Positions 1 to 14,200 of a DNA stretch of 64,000 nt are shown piece after piece. The stretch is taken from contig OZ176050.1 in NCBI GenBank assembly GCA_964247055.1, positions 682,001-746,000 on the forward strand. Reading direction: 5' to 3'. Within the stretch, counting starts at the first letter, position 1. Each line of letters starts with the position of its first letter. The position numbers and the translations under genes were made by a program. Under the pieces are notes generated by a model. It saw only the letters and a list, made by a program, of their open reading frames with translations, was not told the origin of the DNA and did not search any database. Source of the stretch: Paragordius varius. Taxonomy: Eukaryota; Animalia; Nematomorpha.

Positions 1-2451
1 TTTAAAAAATTTATTTTATACGATTTTAAAAATAAAAATGGCTAGCTAAAATCAAAATTTGATCAGGTGATGTCACCATAATTGTTTTTGGGTAGCCCTA
101 TGGTAGTTCCATCATCACCCCAAATATTGTCGAGATAGGAGTATAAATGTAATTTTTTTGAATTTTTTAAAAATTTAAAAAATTTATTATATACGATTTT
201 AAAAATAAAAATGGCTACCTAAAATCCAAATTTGATCAGGTGATGTCACTATAATTTTTTTGGGTAGCCCTATGGTAGTAGCATCATCACCCCAAATATT
301 TTCAAGATCGGAGTATAAATGTAATTTTTATGAATTTTTTAAATATTTAAAAAATTTATTTTATACGATTTTAAAAATAAAAATGGCTACCTAAAATCCA
401 AATTTGATCAGGTGATGTCACCATAATTTTTTTTGGGTAGCCCTATGGTAGTTCCATCATCACCCCAAATATTGTCGAGATCGGAGTATAAATGTAATTT
501 TTTTGAATTTTTTAAAAATTTAAAAAATTTATTTTATACGATTTTAAAAATAAAAATGGCTACCTAAAATCCAAATTTGATCAGGTGATGTCACCATAAT
601 TTTTTTTGGGTAGCCCTATGGTAGTTCCATCATCACCCCAAATATTTTCGAGATCGGAGTATAAATGTAATTTTTATGAATTTAAATATTTAAAAAATTT
701 ATTTTATACGATATTAAAAATAAAAATGGCTACCTAAAATCCAAATTTGATCAGGTAATGTCGCCATAATTTTTTTTGGGTAGCCCTATGGTAGTTCTAT
801 CATCACCCCAAATATTTTGGGGATCGGACTATAAATGTAATTTTTATGAATTTTTTAAATATTTAAAAAATTTATTTTATACGATTTTAAAATAAAAATG
901 GCTACCTAAAATCCAAATTTGATCAGGTGATGTCACCATAATTTTTTTTGGGTAGCCCTATGGTAGTTCCATCATCACCCCAAATATTTTCGAGATCGGA
1001 ATATAAATGTAATTTTTATGAATTTTTTAAATATTTAAAAAATTTATTTTATACGATTTTAAAAATAAAAATGGCTACCTAAAATCCAAATTTGATCAGG
1101 TGATGTCACTATAATTTTTTTGGGTAGCCCTATGGTAGTAGCATCATCACCCCAAATATTTTCAAGATCGGAGTATAAATGTAATTTTTATGAATTTTTT
1201 AAATATTTAAAAAATTTATTTTATACGATTTTAAAAATAAAAATGGCTACCTAAAATCCAAATTTGATCAGGTGATGTCACCATAATTTTTTTTGGGTGG
1301 CCCTATGGTAGTTCCATCATCACCCTAAATATTTTGGGGATGGGACTATAAATGTAATTTTTATGAATTTTTTAAATATTTAAAAAATTTATTTTATACG
1401 ATTTTAAAAATAAAAATGGCTACCTAAAATCCAAATTTGATCAGGTGATGTCACCATAATTTTTTTTGGCTAGCGCTATGGTAGTTCCATCATCACCCCA
1501 AATATTTTCGAGATCGGAGTATAAATGTAATTTGTATGAATTTTTTAAATATTTAAAAAATTTATTTTATACGATTTTAAAAATAAAAATGGCTAGCTAA
1601 AATCAAAATTTGATCAGGTGATGTCACCATAATTTTTTTTGGGTAGCCCTATGGTAGTTCCATCATCACCCCAAATATTGTCGAGATAGGAGTATAAATG
1701 TAATTTTTTTGAATTTTTTAAAAATTTAAAAAATTTATTTTATACGATTTTAAAAATAAAAATGGCTACCTAAAATCCAAATTTGATCAGGTGATGTCAC
1801 CATAATTTTTTTTGGGTAGCCCTATGGTAGTTCCATCATCACCCCAAATATTTTCGAGATCGGAGTATAAATGTAATTTTTATGAATTTTTTAAATATTT
1901 AAAAAATTTATTTTATACGATATTAAAAATAAAAATGGCTACCTAAAATCCAAATTTGATCAGGTAATGTCGCCATAATTTTTTTTGGGTAGCCCTATGG
2001 TAGTTCTATCATCACCCCAAATATTTTGGGGATCGGACTATAAATGTAATTTTTATGAATTTTTTAAATATTTAAAAAATTTATTTTATACGATTTTAAA
2101 ATAAAAATGGCTACCTAAAATCCAAATTTGATCAGGTGATGTCACCATAATTTTTTTTGGGTAGCCCTATGGTAGTTCCATCATCACCCCAAATATTTTC
2201 GAGATCGGAGTATAAATGTAATTTTTATGAATTTTTTAAATATTTAAAAAATTTATTTTATACGATATTAAAAATAAAAATGGCTACCTAAAATCCAAAT
2301 TTGATCAGGTAATGTCGCCATAATTTTTTTTGGGTAGCCCTATGGTAGTTCTATCATCACCCCAAATATTTTGGGGATCGGACTATAAATGTAATTTATA
2401 TGAATTTTTTAAATATTTAAAAAATTTATTTTATACGATTTTAAAATAAAA

Positions 2452-5400
2452 ATGGCTACCTAAAATCCAAATTTGATCAGGTGATGTCACCATAATTTTT
2501 TTTGGGTAGCCCTATGGTAGTTCCATCATCACCCCAAATATTTTCGAGATCGGAATATAAATGTAATTTTTATGAATTTTTTAAATATTTAAAAAATTTA
2601 TTTTATACGATTTTAAAAATAAAAATGGCTACCTAAAATCCAAATTTGATCAGGTGATGTCACCATAATTTTTTTTGGGTAGCCCTATGGTAGTTCCATC
2701 ATCACCCCAAATATTTTCGAGATCGGAGTATAAATGTAATTTTTATGAATTTTTTAAATATTTAAAAAATTTATTTTATACGATATTAAAAATAAAAATG
2801 GCTACCTAAAATCCAAATTTGATCAGGTAATGTCGCCATTATTTTTTTTGGGTAGCCCTATAGTAGTTCCATCATCACCCCAAATATTTTCGAGATCGGA
2901 GTATAAATGTAATTTTTATGAATTTTTTAAATATTTAAAAAATTTATTATATACGATTTTAAAAATAAAAATGGCTACCTAAAATCCAAATTTGATCAGG
3001 TGATGTCACTATAATTTTTTTGGGTAGCCCTATGGTAGTAGCATCATCACCCCAAATATTTTCAAGATCGGAGTATAAATGTAATTTTTATGAATTTTTT
3101 AAATATTTAAAAAATTTATTTTATACGATTTTAAAAATAAAAATGGCTACCTAAAATCCAAATTTGATCAGGTGATGTCACCATAATTTTTTTTGGGTAG
3201 CCCTATGGTAGTTCCATCATCACCCCAAATATTGTCGAGATCGGAGTATAAATGTAATTTTTTTGAATTTTTTAAAAATTTAAAAAATTTATTTTATACG
3301 ATTTTAAAAATAAAAATGGCTACCTAAAATCCAAATTTGATCAGGTGATGTCACTATAATTTTTTTGGGTAGCCCTATGGTAGTAGCATCATCACCCCAA
3401 ATATTTTCAAGATCGGAGTATAAATATAATTTTTATGAATTTTTAAATATTTAAAAAATTTATTTTATACGATTTTAAAAATAAAAATGGCTACCTAAAA
3501 TCCAAATTTGATCAGGTGATGTCACCATAATTTTTTTGGGTGGCCCTATGGTAGTTCCATCATCACCCTAAATATTTTGGGGATCGGACTATAAATGTAA
3601 TTTTTATGAATTTTTTAAATATTTAAAAAATTTATTTTATACGATTTTAAAAATAAAAATGGCTACCTAAAATCCAAATTTGATCAGGTGATGTCACCAT
3701 AATTTTTTTTGGGTAGCGCTATGGTAGTTCCATCATCACCCCAAATATTTTTGAGATCGGAGTATAAATGTAATTTGTATGAATTTTTTAAATATTTAAA
3801 AAATTTATTTTATACGATTTTAAAAATAAAAATGGCTAGCTAAAATCCAAATTTGATCAGGTGATGTCGCCATAATTTTTTTTGGGTAGCCCTATGGTAG
3901 TTCCATCATCACCCCAAATATTTTCGAGATCGGAGTATAAATGTAATTTTTATGAATTTTTTAAATATTTAAAAAATTTATTTTATACGATTTTAAAAAT
4001 AAAAATGGCTAACTAAAATCCAAATTTGATCAGGTGATGTCGCCATAATTTTTTTTGGGTAGCCCTATGGTAGTTCCATCATCACCCCAAATACTTTGGG
4101 GATCGGACTATAAATGTAATTTTTATGAATTTTTTAAATATTTAAAAAATTTATTTTATACGATTTTAAAAATAAAATGGCTACCTAAAATCCAAATTTG
4201 ATCAGGTGATGTCACCATAATTTTTTTTGGGTAGCCCTATGGTAGTTCCATCATCACCCCAAATATTTTCGAGATCGGAGTATAAATGTAATTTTTATGA
4301 ATTTTTTAAATATTTAAAAAATTTATTTTATACGATTTTAAAAATAAAAATGGCTACCTAAAATCCAAATTTGATCAGGTGATGTCGCCATAATATTTTT
4401 TGCTAGCCCTATGGTAGTTCTATCATCACCCCAAATATTTTGGGGATCGGACTATAAATGTAATTTTTATGAATTTTTTAAATATTTAAAAAATTTATTT
4501 TATACGATTTTAAAAATAAAAATGGCTACCTAAAATCCAAATTTGATCAGGTGATGTCACCATAATTTTTTTTGGGTAGCCCTATGGTAGTTCCATCATC
4601 ACCTCATTTATTTTCGAGATCGGAATATAAATGTAATTTTTATGAATTTTTTAAATATTTAAAAAATTTATTTTATACGATTTTAAAATAAAAATGGCTA
4701 CCTAAAATCCAAATTTGATCAGGTGATGTCACCATAATTTTTTTTGGGTAGCCCTATGGTAGTTCCATCATCACCCCAAATATTTTCGAGATCGGAATAT
4801 AAATGTAATTTTTATGAATTTTTTAAATATTTAAAAAATTTATTTTATACGATTTTAAAAATAAAAATGGCTACCTAAAATCCAAATTTGATCAGGTGAT
4901 GTCACCATAATTTTTTTTGGGTAGCCCTATGGTAGTTCCATCATCACCCCAAATATTTTCGAGATCGGAGTATAAATGTAATTTTTATGAATTTTTTAAA
5001 TATTTAAAAAATTTATTTTATACGATATTAAAAATAAAAATGGCTACCTAAAATCCAAATTTGATCAGGTAATGTCGCCATTATTTTTTTTGGGTAGCCC
5101 TATAGTAGTTCCATCATCACCCCAAATATTTTCGAGATCGGAGTATAAATGTAATTTTTATGAATTTTTTAAATATTTAAAAAATTTATTATATACGATT
5201 TTAAAAATAAAAATGGCTACCTAAAATCCAAATTTGATCAGGTGATGTCACTATAATTTTTTTGGGTAGCCCTATGGTAGTAGCATCATCACCCCAAATA
5301 TTTTCAAGATCGGAGTATAAATGTAATTTTTATGAATTTTTTAAATATTTAAAAAATTTATTTTATACGATTTTAAAAATAAAAATGGCTACCTAAAATC

Positions 5401-8400
5401 CAAATTTGATCAGGTGATGTCACCATAATTTTTTTTTGGGTAGCCCTATGGTAGTTCCATCATCACCCCAAATATTGTCGAGATCGGAGTATAAATGTAA
5501 TTTTTTTGAATTTTTTAAAAATTTAAAAAATTTATTTTATACGATTTTAAAAATAAAAATGGCTACCTAAAATCCAAATTTGATCAGGTGATGTCACTAT
5601 AATTTTTTTGGGTAGCCCTATGGTAGTAGCATCATCACCCCAAATATTTTCAAGATCGGAGTATAAATATAATTTTTATGAATTTTTAAATATTTAAAAA
5701 ATTTATTTTATACGATTTTAAAAATAAAAATGGCTACCTAAAATCCAAATTTGATCAGGTGATGTCACCATAATTTTTTTTGGGTGGCCCTATGGTAGTT
5801 CCATCATCACCCTAAATATTTTGGGGATCGGACTATAAATGTAATTTTTATGAATTTTTTAAATATTTAAAAAATTTATTTTATACGATTTTAAAAATAA
5901 AAATGGCTACCTAAAATCCAAATTTGATCAGGTGATGTCACCATAATTTTTTTTGGGTAGCGCTATGGTAGTTCCATCATCACCCCAAATATTTTTGAGA
6001 TCGGAGTATAAATGTAATTTGTATGAATTTTTTAAATATTTAAAAAATTTATTTTATACGATTTTAAAAATAAAAATGGCTAGCTAAAATCCAAATTTGA
6101 TCAGGTGATGTCGCCATAATTTTTTTTGGGTAGCCCTATGGTAGTTCCATCATCACCCCAAATATTTTCGAGATCGGAGTATAAATGTAATTTTTATGAA
6201 TTTTTTAAATATTTAAAAAATTTATTTTATACGATTTTAAAAATAAAAATGGCTACCTAAAATCCAAATTTGATCAGGTGATGTCGCCATAATTTTTTTT
6301 GGGTAGCCCTATGGTAGTTCCATCATCACCCCAAATACTTTGGGGATCGGACTATAAATGTAATTTTTATGAATTTTTTAAATATTTAAAAAATTTATTT
6401 TATACGATTTTAAAAATAAAAATGGCTACCTAAAATCCAAATTTGATCAGGTGATGTCACCATAATTTTTTTTGGGTAGCCCTATGGTAGTTCCATCATC
6501 ACCCCAAATATTTTCGAGATCGGAGTATAAATGTAATTTTTATGAATTTTTTAAATATTTAAAAAATTTATTTTATACGATTTTAAAAATAAAAATGGCT
6601 ACCTAAAATCCAAATTTGATCAGGTGATGTCGCCATAATATTTTTTGCTAGCCCTATGGTAGTTCTATCATCACCCCAAATATTTTGGGGATCGGACTAT
6701 AAATGTAATTTTTATGAATTTTTTAAATATTTAAAAAATTTATTTTATACGATTTTAAAAATAAAAATGGCTACCTAAAATCCAAATTTGATCAGGTGAT
6801 GTCACCATAATTTTTTTTGGGTAGCCCTATGGTAGTTCCATCATCACCTCATTTATTTTCGAGATCGGAATATTGTAATTTTTATGAATTTTTTAAATAT
6901 TTAAAAAATTTATTTTATACGATTTTAAAATAAAAATGGCTACCTAAAATCCAAATTTGATCAGGTGATGTCACCATAATTTTTTTTGGGTAGCCCTATG
7001 GTAGTTCCATCATCACCCCAAATATTTTCGAGATCGGAATATAAATGTAATTTTTATGAATTTTTTAAATATTTAAAAAATTTATTTTATACGATTTTAA
7101 AAATAAAAATGGCTACCTAAAATCCAAATTTGATCAGGTGATGTCACCATAATTTTTTTTGGGTAGCCCTATGGTAGTTCCATCATCACCCCAAATATTT
7201 TCGAGATCGGAGTATAAATGTAATTTTTATGAATTTTTTAAATATTTAAAAAATTTATTTTATACGATATTAAAAATAAAAATGGCTACCTAAAATCCAA
7301 ATTTGATCAGGTAATGTCGCCATTATTTTTTTTGGGTAGCCCTATAGTAGTTCCATCATCACCCCAAATATTTTCGAGATCGGAGTATAAATGTAATTTT
7401 TATGAATTTTTTAAATATTTAAAAAATTTATTATATACGATTTTAAAAATAAAAATGGCTACCTAAAATCCAAATTTGATCAGGTGATGTCACTATAATT
7501 TTTTTGGGTAGCCCTATGGTAGTAGCATCATCACCCCAAATATTTTCAAGATCGGAGTATAAATGTAATTTTTATGAATTTTTTAAATATTTAAAAAATT
7601 TATTTTATACGATTTTAAAAATAAAAATGGCTACCTAAAATCCAAATTTGATCAGGTGATGTCACCATAATTTTTTTTTGGGTAGCCCTATGGTAGTTCC
7701 ATCATCACCCCAAATATTGTCGAGATCGGAGTATAAATGTAATTTTTTTGAATTTTTTAAAAATTTAAAAAATTTATTTTATACGATTTTAAAAATAAAA
7801 ATGGCTACCTAAAATCCAAATTTGATCAGGTGATGTCACTATAATTTTTTTGGGTAGCCCTATGGTAGTAGCATCATCACCCCAAATATTTTCAAGATCG
7901 GAGTATAAATATAATTTTTATGAATTTTTAAATATTTAAAAAATTTATTTTATACGATTTTAAAAATAAAAATGGCTACCTAAAATCCAAATTTGATCAG
8001 GTGATGTCACCATAATTTTTTTTGGGTGGCCCTATGGTAGTTCCATCATCACCCTAAATATTTTGGGGATCGGACTATAAATGTAATTTTTATGAATTTT
8101 TTAAATATTTAAAAAATTTATTTTATACGATTTTAAAAATAAAAATGGCTACCTAAAATCCAAATTTGATCAGGTGACACCATAATTTTTTTTGGGTAGC
8201 GCTATGGTAGTTCCATCATCACCCCAAATATTTTTGAGATCGGAGTATAAATGTAATTTGTATGAATTTTTTAAATATTTAAAAAATTTATTTTATACGA
8301 TTTTAAAAATAAAAATGGCTAGCTAAAATCCAAATTTGATCAGGTGATGTCGCCATAATTTTTTTTGGGTAGCCCTATGGTAGTTCCATCATCACCCCAA

Positions 8401-11251
8401 ATATTTTCGAGATCGGAGTATAAATGTAATTTTTATGAATTTTTTAAATATTTAAAAAATTTATTTTATACGATTTTAAAAATAAAAATGGCTACCTAAA
8501 ATCCAAATTTGATCAGGTGATGTCGCCATAATTTTTTTTGGGTAGCCCTATGGTAGTTCCATCATCACCCCAAATACTTTGGGGATCGGACTATAAATGT
8601 AATTTTTATGAATTTTTTAAATATTTAAAAAATTTATTTTATACGATTTTAAAAATAAAAATGGCTACCTAAAATCCAAATTTGATCAGGTGATGTCACC
8701 ATAATTTTTTTTGGGTAGCCCTATGGTAGTTCCATCATCACCCCAAATATTTTCGAGATCGGAGTATAAATGTAATTTTTATGAATTTTTTAAATATTTA
8801 AAAAATTTATTTTATACGATTTTAAAAATAAAAATGGCTACCTAAAATCCAAATTTGATCAGGTGATGTCGCCATAATATTTTTTGCTAGCCCTATGGTA
8901 GTTCTATCATCACCCCAAATATTTTGGGGATCGGACTATAAATGTAATTTTTATGAATTTTTTAAATATTTAAAAAATTTATTTTATACGATTTTAAAAA
9001 TAAAAATGGCTACCTAAAATCCAAATTTGATCAGGTGATGTCACCATAATTTTTTTTGGGTAGCCCTATGGTAGTTCCATCATCACCTCATTTATTTTCG
9101 AGATCGGAATATAAATGTAATTTTTATGAATTTTTTAAATATTTAAAAAATTTATTTTATACGATTTTAAAAATAAAAATGGCTACCTAAAATCCAAATT
9201 TGATCAGGTGATGTCACCATAATTTTTTTTGGGTAGCCCTATGGTAGTTCCATCATCACCCCAAATATTTTCGAGATCGGAGTATAAATGTAATTTTTAT
9301 GAATTTTTTAAATATTTAAAAAATTTATTTTATACGATATTAAAAATAAAAATGGCTACCTAAAATCCAAATTTGATCAGGTAATGTCGCCATTATTTTT
9401 TTTGGGTAGCCCTATAGTAGTTCCATCATCACCCCAAATATTTTCGAGATCGGAGTATAAATGTAATTTTTATGAATTTTTTAAATATTTAAAAAATTTA
9501 TTATATACGATTTTAAAAATAAAAATGGCTACCTAAAATCCAAATTTGATCAGGTGATGTCACTATAATTTTTTTGGGTAGCCCTATGGTAGTAGCATCA
9601 TCACCCCAAATATTTTCAAGATCGGAGTATAAATGTAATTTTTATGAATTTTTTAAATATTTAAAAAATTTATTTTATACGATTTTAAAAATAAAAATGG
9701 CTACCTAAAATCCAAATTTGATCAGGTGATGTCACCATAATTTTTTTTTGGGTAGCCCTATGGTAGTTCCATCATCACCCCAAATATTGTCGAGATCGGA
9801 GTATAAATGTAATTTTTTTGAATTTTTTAAAAATTTAAAAAATTTATTTTATACGATTTTAAAAATAAAAATGGCTACCTAAAATCCAAATTTGATCAGG
9901 TGATGTCACTATAATTTTTTTGGGTAGCCCTATGGTAGTAGCATCATCACCCCAAATATTTTCAAGATCGGAGTATAAATGTAATTTTTATGAATTTTTA
10001 AATATTTAAAAAATTTATTTTATACGATTTTAAAAATAAAAATGGCTACCTAAAATCCAAATTTGATCAGGTGATGTCACCATAATTTTTTTTGGGTGGC
10101 CCTATGGTAGTTCCATCATCACCCTAAATATTTTGGGGATCGGACTATAAATGTAATTTTTATGAATTTTTTAAATATTTAAAAAATTTATTTTATACGA
10201 TTTTAAAAATAAAAATGGCTACCTAAAATCCAAATTTGATCAGGTGATGTCACCATAATTTTTTTTGGGTAGCGCTATGGTAGTTCCATCATCACCCCAA
10301 ATATTTTTGAGATCGGAGTATAAATGTAATTTGTATGAATTTTTTAAATATTTAAAAAATTTATTTTATACGATTTTAAAAATAAAAATGGCTAGCTAAA
10401 ATCCAAATTTGATCAGGTGATGTCGCCATAATTTTTTTTGGGTAGCCCTATGGTAGTTCCATCATCACCCCAAATATTTTCGAGATCGGAGTATAAATGT
10501 AATTTTTATGAATTTTTTAAATATTTAAAAAATTTATTTTATACGATTTTAAAAATAAAAATGGCTACCTAAAATCCAAATTTGATCAGGTGATGTCGCC
10601 ATAATTTTTTTTGGGTAGCCCTATGGTAGTTCCATCATCACCCCAAATACTTTGGGGATCGGACTATAAATGTAATTTTTATGAATTTTTTAAATATTTA
10701 AAAAATTTATTTTATACGATTTTAAAAATAAAAATGGCTACCTAAAATCCAAATTTGATCAGGTGATGTCACCATAATTTTTTTTGGGTAGCCCTATGGT
10801 AGTTCCATCATCACCCCAAATATTTTCGAGATCGGAGTATAAATGTAATTTTTATGAATTTTTTAAATATTTAAAAAATTTATTTTATACGATTTTAAAA
10901 ATAAAAATGGCTACCTAAAATCCAAATTTGATCAGGTGATGTCGCCATAATATTTTTTGCTAGCCGTATGGTAGTTCTATCATCACCCCAAATATTTTGG
11001 GGATCGGACTATAAATGTAATTTTTATGAATTTTTTAAATATTTAAAAAATTTATTTTATACGATTTTAAAAATAAAAATGGCTACCTAAAATCCAAATT
11101 TGATCAGGTGATGTCACCATAATTTTTTTTGGGTAGCCCTATGGTAGTTCCATCATCACCTCATTTATTTTCGAGATCGGAATATAAATGTAATTTTTAT
11201 GAATTTTTTAAATATTTAAAAAATTTATTTTATACGATTTTAAAAATAAAA
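2452..11251 (+). repeat. 13-monomer higher-order repeat (~2242 bp), about 4 copies, one shortened to a 12-mer
   Basis: The diagnostic monomer GGTAATGTCGCCATTATT...CTATAG starts at 2798, 5040, 7282 and 9352 (periods 2242, 2242, 2070). AGCGCT variants at 3715, 5959, 8198 and 10271 fall in the same register. Confidence 0.93.
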
Positions 11252-14200
11252 ATGGCTACCTAAAATCCAAATTTGATCAGGTGATGTCACCATAATTTTT
11301 TTTGGGTAGCCCTATGGTAGTTCCATCATCACCCCAAATATTGTCGAGATCGGAGAATAAATGTAATTTTTTTGAATTTTTTAAATATTTAAAAAATTTA
11401 TTTTATTCGATTTTAAAAATAAAAATGGCTACCTAAAATCCAAATTTGATCAGGTGATGTCACCATAATTTTTTATGGGTAGCCCTATGGTAGTTCCATC
11501 ATCACCCCAAATATTTTCGAGATCGGAGTATAAATGTAATTTTTATGAATTTTTTAAATATTTAAAAAATTTATTTTATACGATTTTAAAAATAAAAATG
11601 GCTACCTAAAATCCAAATTTGATCAGGTGCTGTCACTATAATTTTTTTGGGTAGCCCTATGGTAGTTCCATCATCACCCCAAATATTTTCGAGATCGGAG
11701 TATAAATGTAATTTTTATGAATTTTTTAAATATTTAAAAAATTTATTTTATACGATTTTAAAAATAAAAATGGCTACCTAAAATCCAAATTTGATCAGGT
11801 GATGTCACTATAATTTTTTTGGGTAGCCCTATGGTAGTTCCATCATCACCCCAAATATTGTCGAGATCGGAGTATAAATGTAATTTTTTGAATTTTTTAA
11901 ATATTTAAAAAATTTATTTTATACGATTTTAAAAATAAAAATGGCTACCTAAAATCCAAATTTGATCAGGTGATGTCGCCATAATTTTTTTGGGTAGCCC
12001 TATGGTAATTCCATCATCACCCCAAATATTGTCGAGATCGGGGTATAAATGTAATTTTTTTAAATTTTTTAAATATTTAAAAAATTTATTTTATACGATT
12101 TTAAAAATAAAAATGGCTACCTAAAATCCAAATTTGATCAGGTGATGTCGCCATAATTTTTTTTGGGTAGCCCTATGGTAGTTCCATCATCACCCCAAAT
12201 ATTTTGGGGATCGGACTATAAATGTAATTTATGAATTTTTTAAATATTTAAAAAATTTATTTTATACGATTTTAAAAATAAAAATGGCTACCTAAAATTC
12301 AAATTTGATCAGGTGATGTCACCATAATTTTTTTTGGGTAGCCCTATGGTAGTTCCATCATCATTTCATTTATTTTTGAGATCGGAATATAAATGTAATT
12401 TTTATGAATTTTTTAAATATTTAAAAAATTTATTTTATACGATTTTAAAAATAAAAATGGCTACCTAAAATCCAAATTTGATCAGGTGATGTCACCATAA
12501 TTTTTTTTGGGTAGCCCTATGGTAGTTCCATCATCACCCCAAATATTGTCGAGATCGGAGTATAAATGTAATTTTTTTGAATTTTTTAAATATTTAAAAA
12601 ATTTATTTTATTCGATTTTAAAAATAAAAATGGCTACCTAAAATCCAAATTTGATCAGGTGATGTCACCATAATTTTTTATGGGTAGCCCTATGGTAGTT
12701 CCATCATCACCCCAAATATTTTCGAGATCGGAGTATAAATGTAATTTTTATGAATTTTTTAAATATTTAAAAAATTTATTTTATACGATTTTAAAAATAA
12801 AAATGGCTACCTAAAATCCAAATTTGATCAGGTGCTGTCACTATAATTTTTTTGGGTAGCCCTATGGTAGTTCCATCATCACCCCAAATATTTTCGAGAT
12901 CGGAGTATAAATGTAATTTTTATGAATTTTTTAAATATTTAAAAAATTTATTTTATACGATTTTAAAAATAAAAATGGCTACCTAAAATCCAAATTTGAT
13001 CAGGTGATGTCACTATAATTTTTTTGGGTAGCCCTATGGTAGTTCCATCATCACCCCAAATATTGTCGAGATCGGAGTATAAATGTAATTTTTTGAATTT
13101 TTTAAATATTTAAAAAATTTATTTTATACGATTTTAAAAATAAAAATGGCTACCTAAAATCCAAATTTGATCAGGTGATGTCGCCATAATTTTTTTGGGT
13201 AGCCCTATGGTAATTCCATCATCACCCCAAATATTGTCGAGATCGGGGTATAAATGTAATTTTTTTGAATTTTTTAAATATTTAAAAAATTTATTTTATA
13301 CGATTTTAAAAATAAAAATGGCTACCTAAAATCCAAATTTGATCAGGTGCTGTCACTATAATTTTTTTGGGTAGCCCTATGGTAGTTCCATCATCACCCC
13401 AAATATTTTCGAGATCGGAGTATAAATGTAATTTTTATGAATTTTTTAAATATTTAAAAAATTTATTTTATACGATTTTAAAAATAAAAATGGCTACCTA
13501 AAATCCAAATTTGATCAGGTGATGTCACTATAATTTTTTTAGGGTAGCCCTATGGTAGTTCCATCATCACCCCAAATATTGTCGAGATCGGAGTATAAAT
13601 GTAATTTTTTGAATTTTTTAAATATTTAAAAAATTTATTTTATACGATTTTAAAAATAAAAATGGCTACCTAAAATCCAAATTTGATCAGGTGATGTCGC
13701 CATAATTTTTTTGGGTAGCCCTATGGTAATTCCATCATCACCCCAAATATTGTCGAGATCGGGGTATAAATGTAATTTTTATGAATTTTTTAAATATTTA
13801 AAAAATTTATTTTATACGATTTTAAAAATAAAAATGGCTACCTAAAATCCAAATTTGATCAGGTGATGTCGCCATAATTTTTTTTGGGTAGCCCTATGGT
13901 AGTTCCATCATCACCCCAAATACTTTGGGGATCGGACTATAAATGTAATTTTTATGAATTTTTTAAATATTTAAAAAATTTATTTTATACGATTTTAAAA
14001 ATAAAAATGGCTACCTAAAATCCAAATTTGATCAGGTGATGTCACCATAATTTTTTTTGGGTAGCCCTATGGTAGTTCCATCATCACCCCAAATATTTTC
14101 GAGATCGGAGTATAAATGTAATTTTTATGAATTTTTTAAATATTTAAAAAATTTATTTTATACGATTTTAAAAATAAAAATGGCTACCTAAAATCCAAAT

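Noticed and set aside
4080-4105. Left-arm variants of the GGGG hairpin (CCCTAAA, CCTCAAA, CCCGAA) all retain G-T wobble pairing, suggesting RNA-level selection
   Set aside because: The arm contains only C and A, so any transition gives a wobble pair. The pattern follows from transition bias alone.
3832-4410. Compensatory change in the 12-bp inverted repeat (GGCTAGC heads versus GCTAGCC right arms)
   Set aside because: The two alleles are complementary but occur in different monomers (e.g. 3832 versus 4350), three units apart, so they are not covarying within a stem.
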